From positions 64,001 through 128,000 of the IMG/VR virus record IMGVR_UViG_3300031994_000023: a stretch of 64,000 nucleotides of DNA; one strand, written 5' to 3'. Positions 1 through 9,339 of the stretch are shown here, one piece after another. Below the pieces are notes generated by a model that saw only the letters and a program-made list of their open reading frames with translations, ran no database searches and was not told the DNA's origin. Numbering within the stretch: the stretch's first letter is position 1; every line of letters begins with the position of its first letter. The translations under genes and the position numbers were made by a program. Source of the DNA: a virus (Duplodnaviria > Caudoviricetes).

Positions 1-349
1 CATATTGTAATGTTGCCACACCGTTTGAAACACTCACAGGAGTTCCAATGTTTGTCCCGCCGAGTTGGAATTGTACTGTACCTTCATTTACATTTTGTGT
101 TGTATTGTACTTTACATACGCCCTAAATGTTGCTGTTTCACCAATACTGGCAAGTACGTCGTCCACTGTTATTGTTGTAGGAATTCTTATTTCGGCGGTA
201 TTATATCCCGTACCTTCCATGTAATGGTCGTTTTGGACGTATGTTGCATATATTGTATGGGTTCCAGGAACAGTGTCCCCAGGAATTACATATGACACTT
301 CTGCTCTTCCCTGAGACACTGTAGAGGTTCCCGCAGGTATTTTAGTCAA
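1..349 (-). CDS. Ig-like (Big_3-type) repeat structural protein, runs off the window start
   Basis: Translated by hand from TTG at 349: MTKIPAGTSTVSQGRAEVSYVIPGDTVPGTHTIYATYVQNDHY...VNEGTVQFQLGG...VSNGVATLQY. Open to position 1 and similar to 6528..7787. Absent from the ORF track because it has no stop. Confidence 0.75.
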   Translation of the reverse strand, partial: MTKIPAGTSTVSQGRAEVSYVIPGDTVPGTHTIYATYVQNDHYMEGTGYNTAEIRIPTTITVDDVLASIGETATFRAYVKYNTTQNVNEGTVQFQLGGTNIGTPVSVSNGVATLQY

Positions 350-391
350 TTTTTATCTTTTTTTCACTCCTTGTCTTTTTTTGGGGGTGAA

Positions 392-2710
392 TTAAATTTC
401 TAAACTATATCCGGAGGTGGATTTGACCCTTGTGGAAAGTTTTCCAGTTTCATCCAATGCCATGCTCACACCTACGTTAATAAGTGTTACAACACCTGCA
501 AGAACAATAGATACTGGTACAAATATATGATAACTATTTATTACCTCAATCTCTCCTATGTTAACACTTCGGATAACTTCACATTCATCTAATACTTCTT
601 TGGCTACTGTTTCGAGCAGTGCACGGAAGGATTCTATGTTAGTTGTGAAATTGTTTATTCCAAGACCATTCTCAAATTGTAACCTTTTAAGTAAGTATGT
701 TACACTTCTTATATGGTTTGTGTGCCATCCACTTGGCATGATACTGTTGTTAACATAGAATGTTTTATCTAAACGGTTTTTAGGTCTTATAATTTGTATA
801 CCTGCTTGGTTCAATAGTGTTCCCGCATCATTTTCGCCGAGGAATGGTTCTTCATCGATGTAAGTTAATCCAGGGATTGTTTGATAAGTGAGGTCTTGAC
901 TAATGTTTAGACTACATATCCATCCACACATATGTGCTGCCAGTTCCATTGGAGTTACCGTTTCTCCGTTTATTATTCCTCCTTGGTAGAACAATCCACA
1001 TGTAGATAATTCGTTGGTTTTTCTTTTGAATAATTTTGCAATATCTAACGCTCCGAATTCTGCGATGTTCCAGAATGGATTGGAACCATCGGGGTTGTAT
1101 CTTTTGGCAGCTGCGTTTTCGGCGTCCTCATTTTGGTACAAGGTTTTTAGTTTGGAATTTAATTTAATGTAGTTACTTGGTACACCATCATATGTTATTG
1201 TTACATCTCTTCCTTCTGGTGTTCCTTGGGTGCATATGGCTCCCACATAATTTACTGGACGGTGGCTTGTAAATTCGTTGTCGACGAAGTCTAGTATGTA
1301 ATTGTATACATCTCCAAGGTTTCTGATGTATTTTCCTTGGTTAGTTCTTCCGTAGACTGTTTCATCGTTTTCGTCTGTTACTACGAATGATTGGGCTACA
1401 GGTACATTGAACACCACATGCTTTATAAGTTCTGGGTCATCATAAGCTAATCTTGAGTATGTACCTCCATCTTCCGCAGTGTATTGGTATGATGGGTATT
1501 TTTTTCCATCTACATATTCTCGAAATACTATGACCGCTTTTTGTTCATTTGTTCCGAGTTGCAGTTCGTCTCCCGTTGTTTTATCATATACTGGTTTTAA
1601 GTAGGTTTTACCATTTTTCGTGACTGTTAATAATTCACCTGTTGTTTTGTCTAGGAGTGCTCTCCATGTTTTTTCAACACCTGTTCTGGTTATGGTTCTT
1701 TTTGGCTTGGCTCCTACAGGTACACTTGTCTGATAGTACGCTTCCACTGTTTTAGTTGTGTCGGAAGAACCTGTGAATACAACAAACCGAATTAACTCAG
1801 GACTGGTGTAATCAAGCATTGTTTTTGTTCCAACGACCTTTCCTTGTGCATTAGTAAGTTCTATTGTTTTCTGAGGATATTTTTCTCCATTAATGTATTC
1901 TCTGAAAACAACCACTGCCTTTTTCTCTGTAGTATCTAATTCTACTTCTTCTCCAGTGTTTAAGTCGTATGGTGATTTGAGATAAATTTTTCCATTAGAT
2001 ATTGTTGTTACGAGAGCGTTGGTCTCTTTATCTAGAATTACTGACCATCCTTTTTCTCCCTCTTTGGTTATTGTTTTTTTAGGGATTGCACCAAGAGGTA
2101 CGGCATATTGGTCGTACAGTTCATTTACTGTCAGAGGGTGGTTGAATATTTCACGTAGGTCTCCACTGATGAAGAGTAAATCCATATCTTCATCGGCTAT
2201 CTGGTGTAATGCGTTCTGTAGTTTAGGGAATGATAATGATATATCATTTTTGATTGTTTCACTTGGTTGTATATCTGCGTGTGATGTTGTGTCATTACCT
2301 GAAACAATGGATGCTGTCACTTGGTCGAATTTTTCTTCTTCCACTACACTGTCAATGTATTCTTTTTGTATTTCTGTTGGGTTTGTTGGTTTGAGGGTAC
2401 ATGTGTTCAAGCAGGTTATACTGTTTGCACCACCGTATCCTCTTATTCCTTCCATGAATATTCTTCGTGCAGCTCTTACTCCGTCGTACCAGTATACGTC
2501 TGTGGTTCCTATGGTTACTCCATAATGTCCTACTATTTGTGAGTAATTTTCGGCAGCAAATATTTTTTGTTTACTACTTGGAAATGCACCGATTAGTGCA
2601 ACTTTTCCTGCGGTTCCGAGTTTGTTTGTTTCTCGTTGTGTTTCGTTTCTTAGTTCGACTCTTGTTCGTATATCTACGTTTGTCATTTTTTTGTATTTAT
2701 CCTCCTCCAA
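392..2710 (-). CDS. Probable tail sheath protein with inserted tandem domain duplication
   Basis: 772 aa, downstream of neck genes. N-term KVALIGAFP and C-term LAAHMCGWICSLNISQDLTY...LLNQAGI...VNNS have a sheath-like pattern. Confidence 0.6.
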   Translation of the reverse strand: MEEDKYKKMTNVDIRTRVELRNETQRETNKLGTAGKVALIGAFPSSKQKIFAAENYSQIVGHYGVTIGTTDVYWYDGVRAARRIFMEGIRGYGGANSITCLNTCTLKPTNPTEIQKEYIDSVVEEEKFDQVTASIVSGNDTTSHADIQPSETIKNDISLSFPKLQNALHQIADEDMDLLFISGDLREIFNHPLTVNELYDQYAVPLGAIPKKTITKEGEKGWSVILDKETNALVTTISNGKIYLKSPYDLNTGEEVELDTTEKKAVVVFREYINGEKYPQKTIELTNAQGKVVGTKTMLDYTSPELIRFVVFTGSSDTTKTVEAYYQTSVPVGAKPKRTITRTGVEKTWRALLDKTTGELLTVTKNGKTYLKPVYDKTTGDELQLGTNEQKAVIVFREYVDGKKYPSYQYTAEDGGTYSRLAYDDPELIKHVVFNVPVAQSFVVTDENDETVYGRTNQGKYIRNLGDVYNYILDFVDNEFTSHRPVNYVGAICTQGTPEGRDVTITYDGVPSNYIKLNSKLKTLYQNEDAENAAAKRYNPDGSNPFWNIAEFGALDIAKLFKRKTNELSTCGLFYQGGIINGETVTPMELAAHMCGWICSLNISQDLTYQTIPGLTYIDEEPFLGENDAGTLLNQAGIQIIRPKNRLDKTFYVNNSIMPSGWHTNHIRSVTYLLKRLQFENGLGINNFTTNIESFRALLETVAKEVLDECEVIRSVNIGEIEVINSYHIFVPVSIVLAGVVTLINVGVSMALDETGKLSTRVKSTSGYSLEI

Positions 2711-3335
2711 AGCCTATTTCGTCTTCTTTTTTATGTGTGTTTTGTTTTTGGTGTAGTTGTATGAGTTCTCCTTTTCTTAGTATGTCTGGGTATACTTTGT
2801 GCCATTCTTTGTCTGTGTTTTCGATTCCTATTTGTACACATAGGTCTACTCGTAGGTCGTTACTGCATATTGATGGGTATGCTGTTTTTTCGTTTATTTC
2901 ATATGTTAGTAGTTCTAGTGTGTATTCTCTTAGGTGTCCTGGTTTTTCGTATCTTGGCACTACTTGGTTTATTTTGCAGTATTTACTTAATGGGGATAGT
3001 TTTATGTGTTGGTCTATGCATTTGACGGTTGTTTTTAGTAGTTGTTGGGCTTGTATGTAGTTGTAGTTGCTTGTTCTTATTATTATTTCTACGAGTGTGT
3101 TGTATCCGTCTCCTTCCATTGTGGTGGGTTTGCCGTCGGTGGTCATGCGGTCTCTTACTATGTATATTCTGTTTATTTCTTCCATGTCTTCCGATGTATA
3201 GGAGTCATCCATGAATTGTATTTGGAATAGGTTTAGTATTTGGTCGCCTTCTTGTTGTTTTTGGATTAGTAAGTTGTATATTTCGGTGTCGGATTCTAGC
3301 CATTCGTATCCTTTTCTTGTGTTCATGTTTTCCAT
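2697..3335 (-). CDS. Putative tail terminator/neck protein
   Basis: Position between the gp10-like gene and the sheath; size fits. Confidence 0.4.
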   Translation of the reverse strand: MENMNTRKGYEWLESDTEIYNLLIQKQQEGDQILNLFQIQFMDDSYTSEDMEEINRIYIVRDRMTTDGKPTTMEGDGYNTLVEIIIRTSNYNYIQAQQLLKTTVKCIDQHIKLSPLSKYCKINQVVPRYEKPGHLREYTLELLTYEINEKTAYPSICSNDLRVDLCVQIGIENTDKEWHKVYPDILRKGELIQLHQKQNTHKKEDEIGFGGG

Positions 3336-3421
3336 ATTATGTAATGTTTTCTAATATATGTGTGTGTGGTTATAAAAAGTAAATTTCTTAAGAATTTTTT
3401 TTACAGTAAATACTCTTTCTC

Positions 3422-3832
3422 CTAAAAATATCTACTTAGAACACTGTCTACTACTTCATCCACATTAGCGAGGAGTGGAGTCCATGTTTCATCACTCCAT
3501 GGACGAGGTCTTAAATTTCTAGTACCATCATGTATTTTGGGAGCGTAGGGTATATTGGTACCTATACGAATTTCATTATCGGAAGGTGCCATAATATCTA
3601 CACTATCTCTTAGTCTACCTGTTCTAACCGCATCATGCTCCACAATATATCCTCTTTGTAACTCTTGACTAGTAGAACCTAGTGTGTCAAGAATTACACT
3701 TCCTGCCATGTTTAAGGTTTGGATTGTTTTTTTTATTTCTTCTTCTATTATTGACCTGCATATTGGGGGCAGAGCCGTGTCTAATGTTGCAGTAACTTCA
3801 ACCCTTATTATGTGTCCATACCAATCAGACAT
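3422..3832 (-). CDS. HK97 gp10-like tail-completion protein
   Basis: RTGRLRDSV...IGTNIPYAPKIHDGT...RPRPW motif. Confidence 0.75.
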   Translation of the reverse strand: MSDWYGHIIRVEVTATLDTALPPICRSIIEEEIKKTIQTLNMAGSVILDTLGSTSQELQRGYIVEHDAVRTGRLRDSVDIMAPSDNEIRIGTNIPYAPKIHDGTRNLRPRPWSDETWTPLLANVDEVVDSVLSRYF

Positions 3833-3851
3833 AAAAACACCATTTTACCTA

Positions 3852-4067
3852 TTATATTCGTTCTAAATACTCTTTCAACTGTTTATGTGTTCTGTGAATT
3901 AAATAAACATCCAATATTAAAATAATTATATCTGCCATCATAAGCAAGCCATAATCATTATATACCATATGCCTAACTAAGAAAACAATTATCAATAGGG
4001 CAAGTATAGTAATTGCCATAAATCCATAGGTAATATGCAATACATTATCTCTTTGTTGCTTTTTCAT
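3852..4067 (-). CDS. Small 2-TM membrane protein
   Basis: Two hydrophobic segments in 71 aa. Confidence 0.55.
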   Translation of the reverse strand: MKKQQRDNVLHITYGFMAITILALLIIVFLVRHMVYNDYGLLMMADIIILILDVYLIHRTHKQLKEYLERI

Positions 4068-4125
4068 CTTTTATCCATTAGTTCATTAAATTTTATTAAT
4101 ATATTGAGAGGATATTATTCCCAGT

Positions 4126-4332
4126 TTAGGGTTTGGTTCTCACACTTAGTATGGTGGAAATCACAAGATAAAATAATATAACAAAACACCACCATACAAG
4201 ACCAGTTAATCCTAAATAATTAGCCAAAGTTACACCAACAACTATAGTAATAATCAAAGGAATAAATAAAATAATCAATACCATTATGAACAAACCAATA
4301 ATTCCCAATCCTAATATATATTCTTTAATCAT
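4126..4332 (-). CDS. Small membrane protein
   Basis: 68 aa, almost entirely hydrophobic. Confidence 0.55.
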   Translation of the reverse strand: MIKEYILGLGIIGLFIMVLIILFIPLIITIVVGVTLANYLGLTGLVWWCFVILFYLVISTILSVRTKP

Positions 4333-4347
4333 AAAATCATCATTTCC

Positions 4348-6531
4348 TTAAAATTGTGATAAGTGAGCATTCCTTATACTCTGCAATGTTCCATCAGAAA
4401 CCGACACATCACACATATACTCAACATCCTTCATATGAATAACACCAGTAATAGCCAAAAACAAATAATCATTAAAATAAGTGTTGTTCTCATCCAATGT
4501 AGGAATAGTATATGTTCCAATACTTGTTCCATCCTGTAAAGTATCCAATTGATGGTCATTTAATCTGAACTCGATGGTGTGCCATGTATTGTTACTCATC
4601 CTTGTTCCACCATGTCTGTTCTGACTGTTTTTTGGTCCATTAGTCCAATTTCTACTACTTCCAAGACCATACCACCAACTCTTTACATTAGTCATATGGT
4701 CATTGTTGTATTTTTTCATAGTACCTAGTATGATTGCATTGTTGGAAGCATTACTGTAAATCTTAAATTTGAACAAACCTTCACTTCCAATTACCAATGG
4801 ATATTTCCAATAAACCCTCTGATAATCACCAGATGGTGATTTTACAGCAGTTGAACCACCAACAGTAGCCAATGTTGCAGAATTACCAGAATCAGTAACA
4901 TTCCAATTATTTAATGAATTACATAAATCATAAATCATTCCCTGATATGGCAGTACATGAATACTCTTAGATGATGCTGAAATTATGTTTGTTCCACCAT
5001 ATCCAACACTTAAATTATTGTTATAATCATTGAGATTTTCAAGCGTGTAATTGAATGTGAAATCACCATTGGAATCTGTTGTAACAGTCATTAAAACATT
5101 GTTGTTGGAATCACTTACTGTGATGTTTGCTTCAGAAATACCTGTTCCATTTGTTGTTAATGTTCCAGTGATTGTTTTCTGTTCTCCAGATATGGTTTCT
5201 ATGGTGTTTACATTGGTGGTAATTGTTGATGGTTTTTTATTCACATTAACTGTTAATGTGTTACTTCGGCTTGTGTTGTATTCTGTTCCACTATCTGTGT
5301 AGATAGCATATATGTTGTGTGTTCCTGTGGTTGAGGGTGTGAATGTTATTTGTGTACTGTTACCTGTGATTGCATAGTTTTGTTGTACTATGTCTGTTCC
5401 ATCGTATACGGTTATGTATCCAGTGGTTAGGGTTGTGTTGTTGTTGTTTTCTTTTACAATTATTGATAAAGTCAAGTTTTCTCCTATTGTAACACTCGAA
5501 GTACCACTTATTGTTGTAGTGGTTGGATACCGGAGTATTTCCAGTTCACCAATTCCTACTGAACCCTCATAACCATCATTCTCCAAATACCGTGCAGTAA
5601 TCTGATAAGTCTGACCCGCAACAAAATCATTACTGGAATGACCATTTTCAAAAGTAAGGGTTGATTGAGTAATAGTTTCCTCAGAATAATTCCATATATA
5701 CTCATGGTCATTCAAAGTAACATAAGGATAAGAATAATCAGGATACTCCATACCAGACATATAAGTAACAAGAACAGTGTTTGCTCCACTAACAAATTCC
5801 AAATCATCATGTGGAACATAACTAATCCCATTTTCAGGGTCAATCGTATACCCTTCCACATCTATGTCATTAAATAATGTCTGAATATTGCTAGTAGGAT
5901 ATACATAAAGTAAAAGGTCATCGCCATCACTCCAACCCCAATCTCCTTCAACATCAACATTTTCAATAGGGAATGATAAATCAAAAGCCCAACATTCCAC
6001 CAAACCATTAGAATAAAAAGCAGGATACACGGAATATGGCTTTAAAACATCATATCCTGTGGTACTTATCCCGTTTTTAACAGTTGTGGTGGCGGTTGCA
6101 ATTATATCATTAGTAACTTCAACACTTCGAGTAACATTATAATTTGTACCCCCTCTTCTGAAAGTAACTGTTACATTGTATGTACCAGTTTGAGAATAAG
6201 TGGATTCCCACATAACACAATTGGGTTTTGTATGATTGGTACTTTTAACAAGGTCATCCCATTGACCAATAACTCCATTAGGAATGGATGTGGTGTTGGC
6301 AATTGCAACCTCACCACGCTGTGAAATGACATAAGCTGAAGTATCTGTGACTTCTGTGAAAGAACAACTCAAATATATAATAGGTCTTGTGCCTGACCCA
6401 ATCCATTCTACACCCTCGGTATTATGAAAATAACATATACATGATTCCCCAACAACAACTCTTTCAGGAACAACCAATGAATCTGTTAAATAGGAAATAT
6501 ATTCATCAAGATTACTTACCTGTATCGTCAT
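4348..6531 (-). CDS. Ig-like repeat adhesin/fibre protein with C-terminal lectin-like (ConA/LamG-type) domain
   Basis: Thr-rich Ig repeats (GTHNIYAIY..YNTS); C-term NTWHTIEFRLND...DGTSIG beta-sandwich pattern. Confidence 0.65.
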   Translation of the reverse strand: MTIQVSNLDEYISYLTDSLVVPERVVVGESCICYFHNTEGVEWIGSGTRPIIYLSCSFTEVTDTSAYVISQRGEVAIANTTSIPNGVIGQWDDLVKSTNHTKPNCVMWESTYSQTGTYNVTVTFRRGGTNYNVTRSVEVTNDIIATATTTVKNGISTTGYDVLKPYSVYPAFYSNGLVECWAFDLSFPIENVDVEGDWGWSDGDDLLLYVYPTSNIQTLFNDIDVEGYTIDPENGISYVPHDDLEFVSGANTVLVTYMSGMEYPDYSYPYVTLNDHEYIWNYSEETITQSTLTFENGHSSNDFVAGQTYQITARYLENDGYEGSVGIGELEILRYPTTTTISGTSSVTIGENLTLSIIVKENNNNTTLTTGYITVYDGTDIVQQNYAITGNSTQITFTPSTTGTHNIYAIYTDSGTEYNTSRSNTLTVNVNKKPSTITTNVNTIETISGEQKTITGTLTTNGTGISEANITVSDSNNNVLMTVTTDSNGDFTFNYTLENLNDYNNNLSVGYGGTNIISASSKSIHVLPYQGMIYDLCNSLNNWNVTDSGNSATLATVGGSTAVKSPSGDYQRVYWKYPLVIGSEGLFKFKIYSNASNNAIILGTMKKYNNDHMTNVKSWWYGLGSSRNWTNGPKNSQNRHGGTRMSNNTWHTIEFRLNDHQLDTLQDGTSIGTYTIPTLDENNTYFNDYLFLAITGVIHMKDVEYMCDVSVSDGTLQSIRNAHLSQF

Positions 6532-7787
6532 CCTGTATCATTAGAGTTATTATCATCAATGTTTGTTTCCATTTCAAATTGTGTTTGTCCTTCATTTACA
6601 TTGGTATTGTTCTCATCCACTACTGTTGCATTAACATCCACTGTTTCTCCAACATTTCCTTGCACTGCATCTACTGAGACTTGTGTTTGGTGTCTTAATA
6701 ATATGCTCGAAGTTATACTAGTTGTTTGATAATTTTCATTTTCAAGATAAGTTAATGTAAATGGGATTTCGTCACCATAATTAAATCCGAATGGTATTTC
6801 ATATTCATATTCTTGAGAGTCTTGTTCTAAATAAATTGTTTGTTTATCATTATTGCATTCAAACTCTACGAATCCTTCATGTACATTAGTACCATCTGCT
6901 GTGATGTTTAATACTATTTTTGCAGTTTGTTGTATGAGTGTTCCATTTTCTATGAGTGTAGGCGTGGCGTATACGGGAGAATCGTCAATTGTTACATGTG
7001 GTTTAATGTAAAGTTTTCCTTCAACCTCTCTTTCATCAAATTTATTGTTTCCCGAATAAACAATCCTAAACACATGCTCCCCCTCACTCATCGAAGAAGG
7101 AATTGTGTAATCATATAATATTAAACTATTGGAGAAGACTGTGGTAGTGTATATTGGGGTGTTATCTAGAATTATGCTTAGTTCTCCTCCATTTAATTCT
7201 TCAGGAGGATACGCACCTAATTCTATATGGAATGTTTCTGTTTGGTCAGGTTTTGTTTTTATATTATTTGTGTTAATTGTCAACGATTGTTTAGTGCTAA
7301 CAGTACAATAATTATGTGTTTCAGAGGCACTATATTTGTTTGTACCCCAATATATCGCCTTTACTTGAAAATCAGTTGTTTCTTCTTCGGATAATTCATA
7401 CCCATAGACTGCAACACCATCAGTAACTTCTACTAATGGTCCTATGTTGGTGAATGATTCTTGTCCATCCCTTCTTGCTTGAAATTGTACTAATCCTTCT
7501 GTTACAGGTTCAAGAGTATTTAAATCGTTTAATATGACTGTTAAGGTTATGAATCGTGGTTCTTCACCATTTGGTGCCCCTGCTCTGATTATTTCATTTT
7601 CAAAGAGGATGTTGGTTGGTGTTTTAATATATATGTTTTCCCAGTTTTCACTTAGAAGGTAGTCGTCAGAGTCTGTGTAAGTTACATATAGTTTTCGTTT
7701 ACCTGTTTGTATCCCATGTGGTACTTCCCATATGTATTCTGCATTACCTCCATTTACTGTGGCGGTTCCTATTATTTTTTTAATCAT
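6528..7787 (-). CDS. Ig-like repeat protein that begins and ends with half-domains
   Basis: Repeated V.EG.V.F...G...V.DG.A...Y...AIY.G..KY..S units. Confidence 0.7.
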   Translation of the reverse strand: MIKKIIGTATVNGGNAEYIWEVPHGIQTGKRKLYVTYTDSDDYLLSENWENIYIKTPTNILFENEIIRAGAPNGEEPRFITLTVILNDLNTLEPVTEGLVQFQARRDGQESFTNIGPLVEVTDGVAVYGYELSEEETTDFQVKAIYWGTNKYSASETHNYCTVSTKQSLTINTNNIKTKPDQTETFHIELGAYPPEELNGGELSIILDNTPIYTTTVFSNSLILYDYTIPSSMSEGEHVFRIVYSGNNKFDEREVEGKLYIKPHVTIDDSPVYATPTLIENGTLIQQTAKIVLNITADGTNVHEGFVEFECNNDKQTIYLEQDSQEYEYEIPFGFNYGDEIPFTLTYLENENYQTTSITSSILLRHQTQVSVDAVQGNVGETVDVNATVVDENNTNVNEGQTQFEMETNIDDNNSNDTG

Positions 7788-7867
7788 TTATCCTCTAAAA
7801 AATTATGTTTTTTTTTATTTATAATCCGTTTTTTTTTCAATCAGTAATCCATTTTTTTCTCTTTTTT

Positions 7868-8692
7868 TTATTCTTCATAAATGTAAAATGTGACTTTGCC
7901 TTTGTCACATGGTTTACTACCTTCATACACTCTTGCTCTAAGATGAACAGTCCCACCAGTTTCCGTGATAACAGGTTCTATGGTTAGTTTGTATTTGTTC
8001 TCATATCTTCTTTTTATCCACAATGGCTCAGTATACTCTGGTTTACATGGGTCATGTGGCTTGTGTGGAGATAACTGTTTATGAAACGGCTTCTTATGAT
8101 GATGAGGTTTATAAGGTTTATAATAGGGGTTTTCATGGTAATGACCATGAATTAAACGCTCCTTTTCTTCACCACCCCATGGGTCATCTTTTGATGGTGG
8201 AGGTGGAGGTGGTACACGGTTCCTTCTTGGTCGAGGTACACTTTCGGATTTCATATATTCTTCCCAGTACCATTCGTCACCACTGACAGTGAAAAAGTCT
8301 TCACCTTTACGAACATAAGGTTTAAGTAGTCTTCGGGCTTCTTCTATGAGGAGAGTACTTTCTTGTATTTTTTCGTCTTTGAAATGGGCTTTTTCACTTA
8401 AAAGTCCAGCTGCCCAGTAACAGATGGCTTGGTGTATAGAAGGATGACTTGGGAATTGACTTCTGCGAAGGTAGTTTAATGCGTGTACTTTGGCTTTGTC
8501 ATAACTTGTAAGAACTTCTCGACTGGAAACTTCTTTACGAGTCATGTTACTGATTCTTGCTTCTTCTTCGTCGAGGAAGGAGTCTACTCTTCGTGTTTCT
8601 TTGGGATGGTCATTGCATTTCCATCCATCTAAATGGAAGAGTACGTCATTTATTATTTTTTGTTCTCTTATGCTTAGTTGTTTCGTTTTTAT
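7868..8692 (-). CDS. Putative head-tail adaptor with Pro/His-rich linker and C-terminal half-Ig domain; start probably upstream of the annotated 8545
   Basis: Second gene after the MCP. Helical KAKVHALNYL...QAICYWAAGLL adaptor-like pattern. Frame is open up to ATA at 8692, behind a GGGAG SD. Confidence 0.55.
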   Translation of the reverse strand: MKTKQLSIREQKIINDVLFHLDGWKCNDHPKETRRVDSFLDEEEARISNMTRKEVSSREVLTSYDKAKVHALNYLRRSQFPSHPSIHQAICYWAAGLLSEKAHFKDEKIQESTLLIEEARRLLKPYVRKGEDFFTVSGDEWYWEEYMKSESVPRPRRNRVPPPPPPSKDDPWGGEEKERLIHGHYHENPYYKPYKPHHHKKPFHKQLSPHKPHDPCKPEYTEPLWIKRRYENKYKLTIEPVITETGGTVHLRARVYEGSKPCDKGKVTFYIYEE

Positions 8693-8829
8693 TCAACTCC
8701 CTACACGCTTGTAAGTAGAACATGATTGTTATTATGAATAACCATCTTATCATTTGTGTGTTTATCTTCTCTTTTTTTTCCGTGTTTTTTTTTTGATTAA
8801 TTATGTTTCCCCTTTTTTATGTTAGGGTG

Positions 8830-9186
8830 TTATTTTTTTTCGTCTGATTCTTCTGGTTTAGACTGTTTTGTGGTTGTTTCTTCTTTGGAAGTTGAAGATT
8901 TTTTAGTGCTTTTTTTGGTTGTTTTTTTTGCAGTTTTTTTAGTTGTTTTTTTGGTTGTTTCTTCTTTTGGAATTGGTTCTAGTTCTGCAATTATATTTAA
9001 TGGTGACCCATCCACTGTGAGTTGTTCTGTTCTTTTCAGATAACCTGCTTTTGATAGAGTGAATGTATATTGCCCTACTGCAATATTTTTTAGGTCTGCA
9101 CATCCATTTTCATCTAACTCTCCATCATAGTCAAATGTGTCATTTTTTAATCTCCATTTGGCACCTTTCAAGTAATGTTCTGTCAC
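8830..9186 (-). CDS. PEGA/carboxypeptidase-regulatory-like beta domain with Lys/Thr-rich tail (possible capsid decoration)
   Basis: LDENG.A....I.VGQYTFTLSKAGY motif; TTKK repeats; immediately after the MCP. Confidence 0.55.
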   Translation of the reverse strand: MTEHYLKGAKWRLKNDTFDYDGELDENGCADLKNIAVGQYTFTLSKAGYLKRTEQLTVDGSPLNIIAELEPIPKEETTKKTTKKTAKKTTKKSTKKSSTSKEETTTKQSKPEESDEKK

Positions 9187-9339
9187 GATTCTTTTACCTC
9201 TAAACTAATTATCTTTTATTTTTTATATTACAAGTTTGAAACGGTTTACGTTTTTATTCTAAAAAAAACAAAGAGAAAAAAAAGAGAAATGCTCCGATTC
9301 GTTTTTTTCTCTTTTTTCAAATAGTCTTGCCTATTCTCC

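Noticed and set aside
4348-7787. Diversity-generating retroelement targeting the adhesin
   Set aside because: No reverse transcriptase and no TR/VR pair visible in the window.
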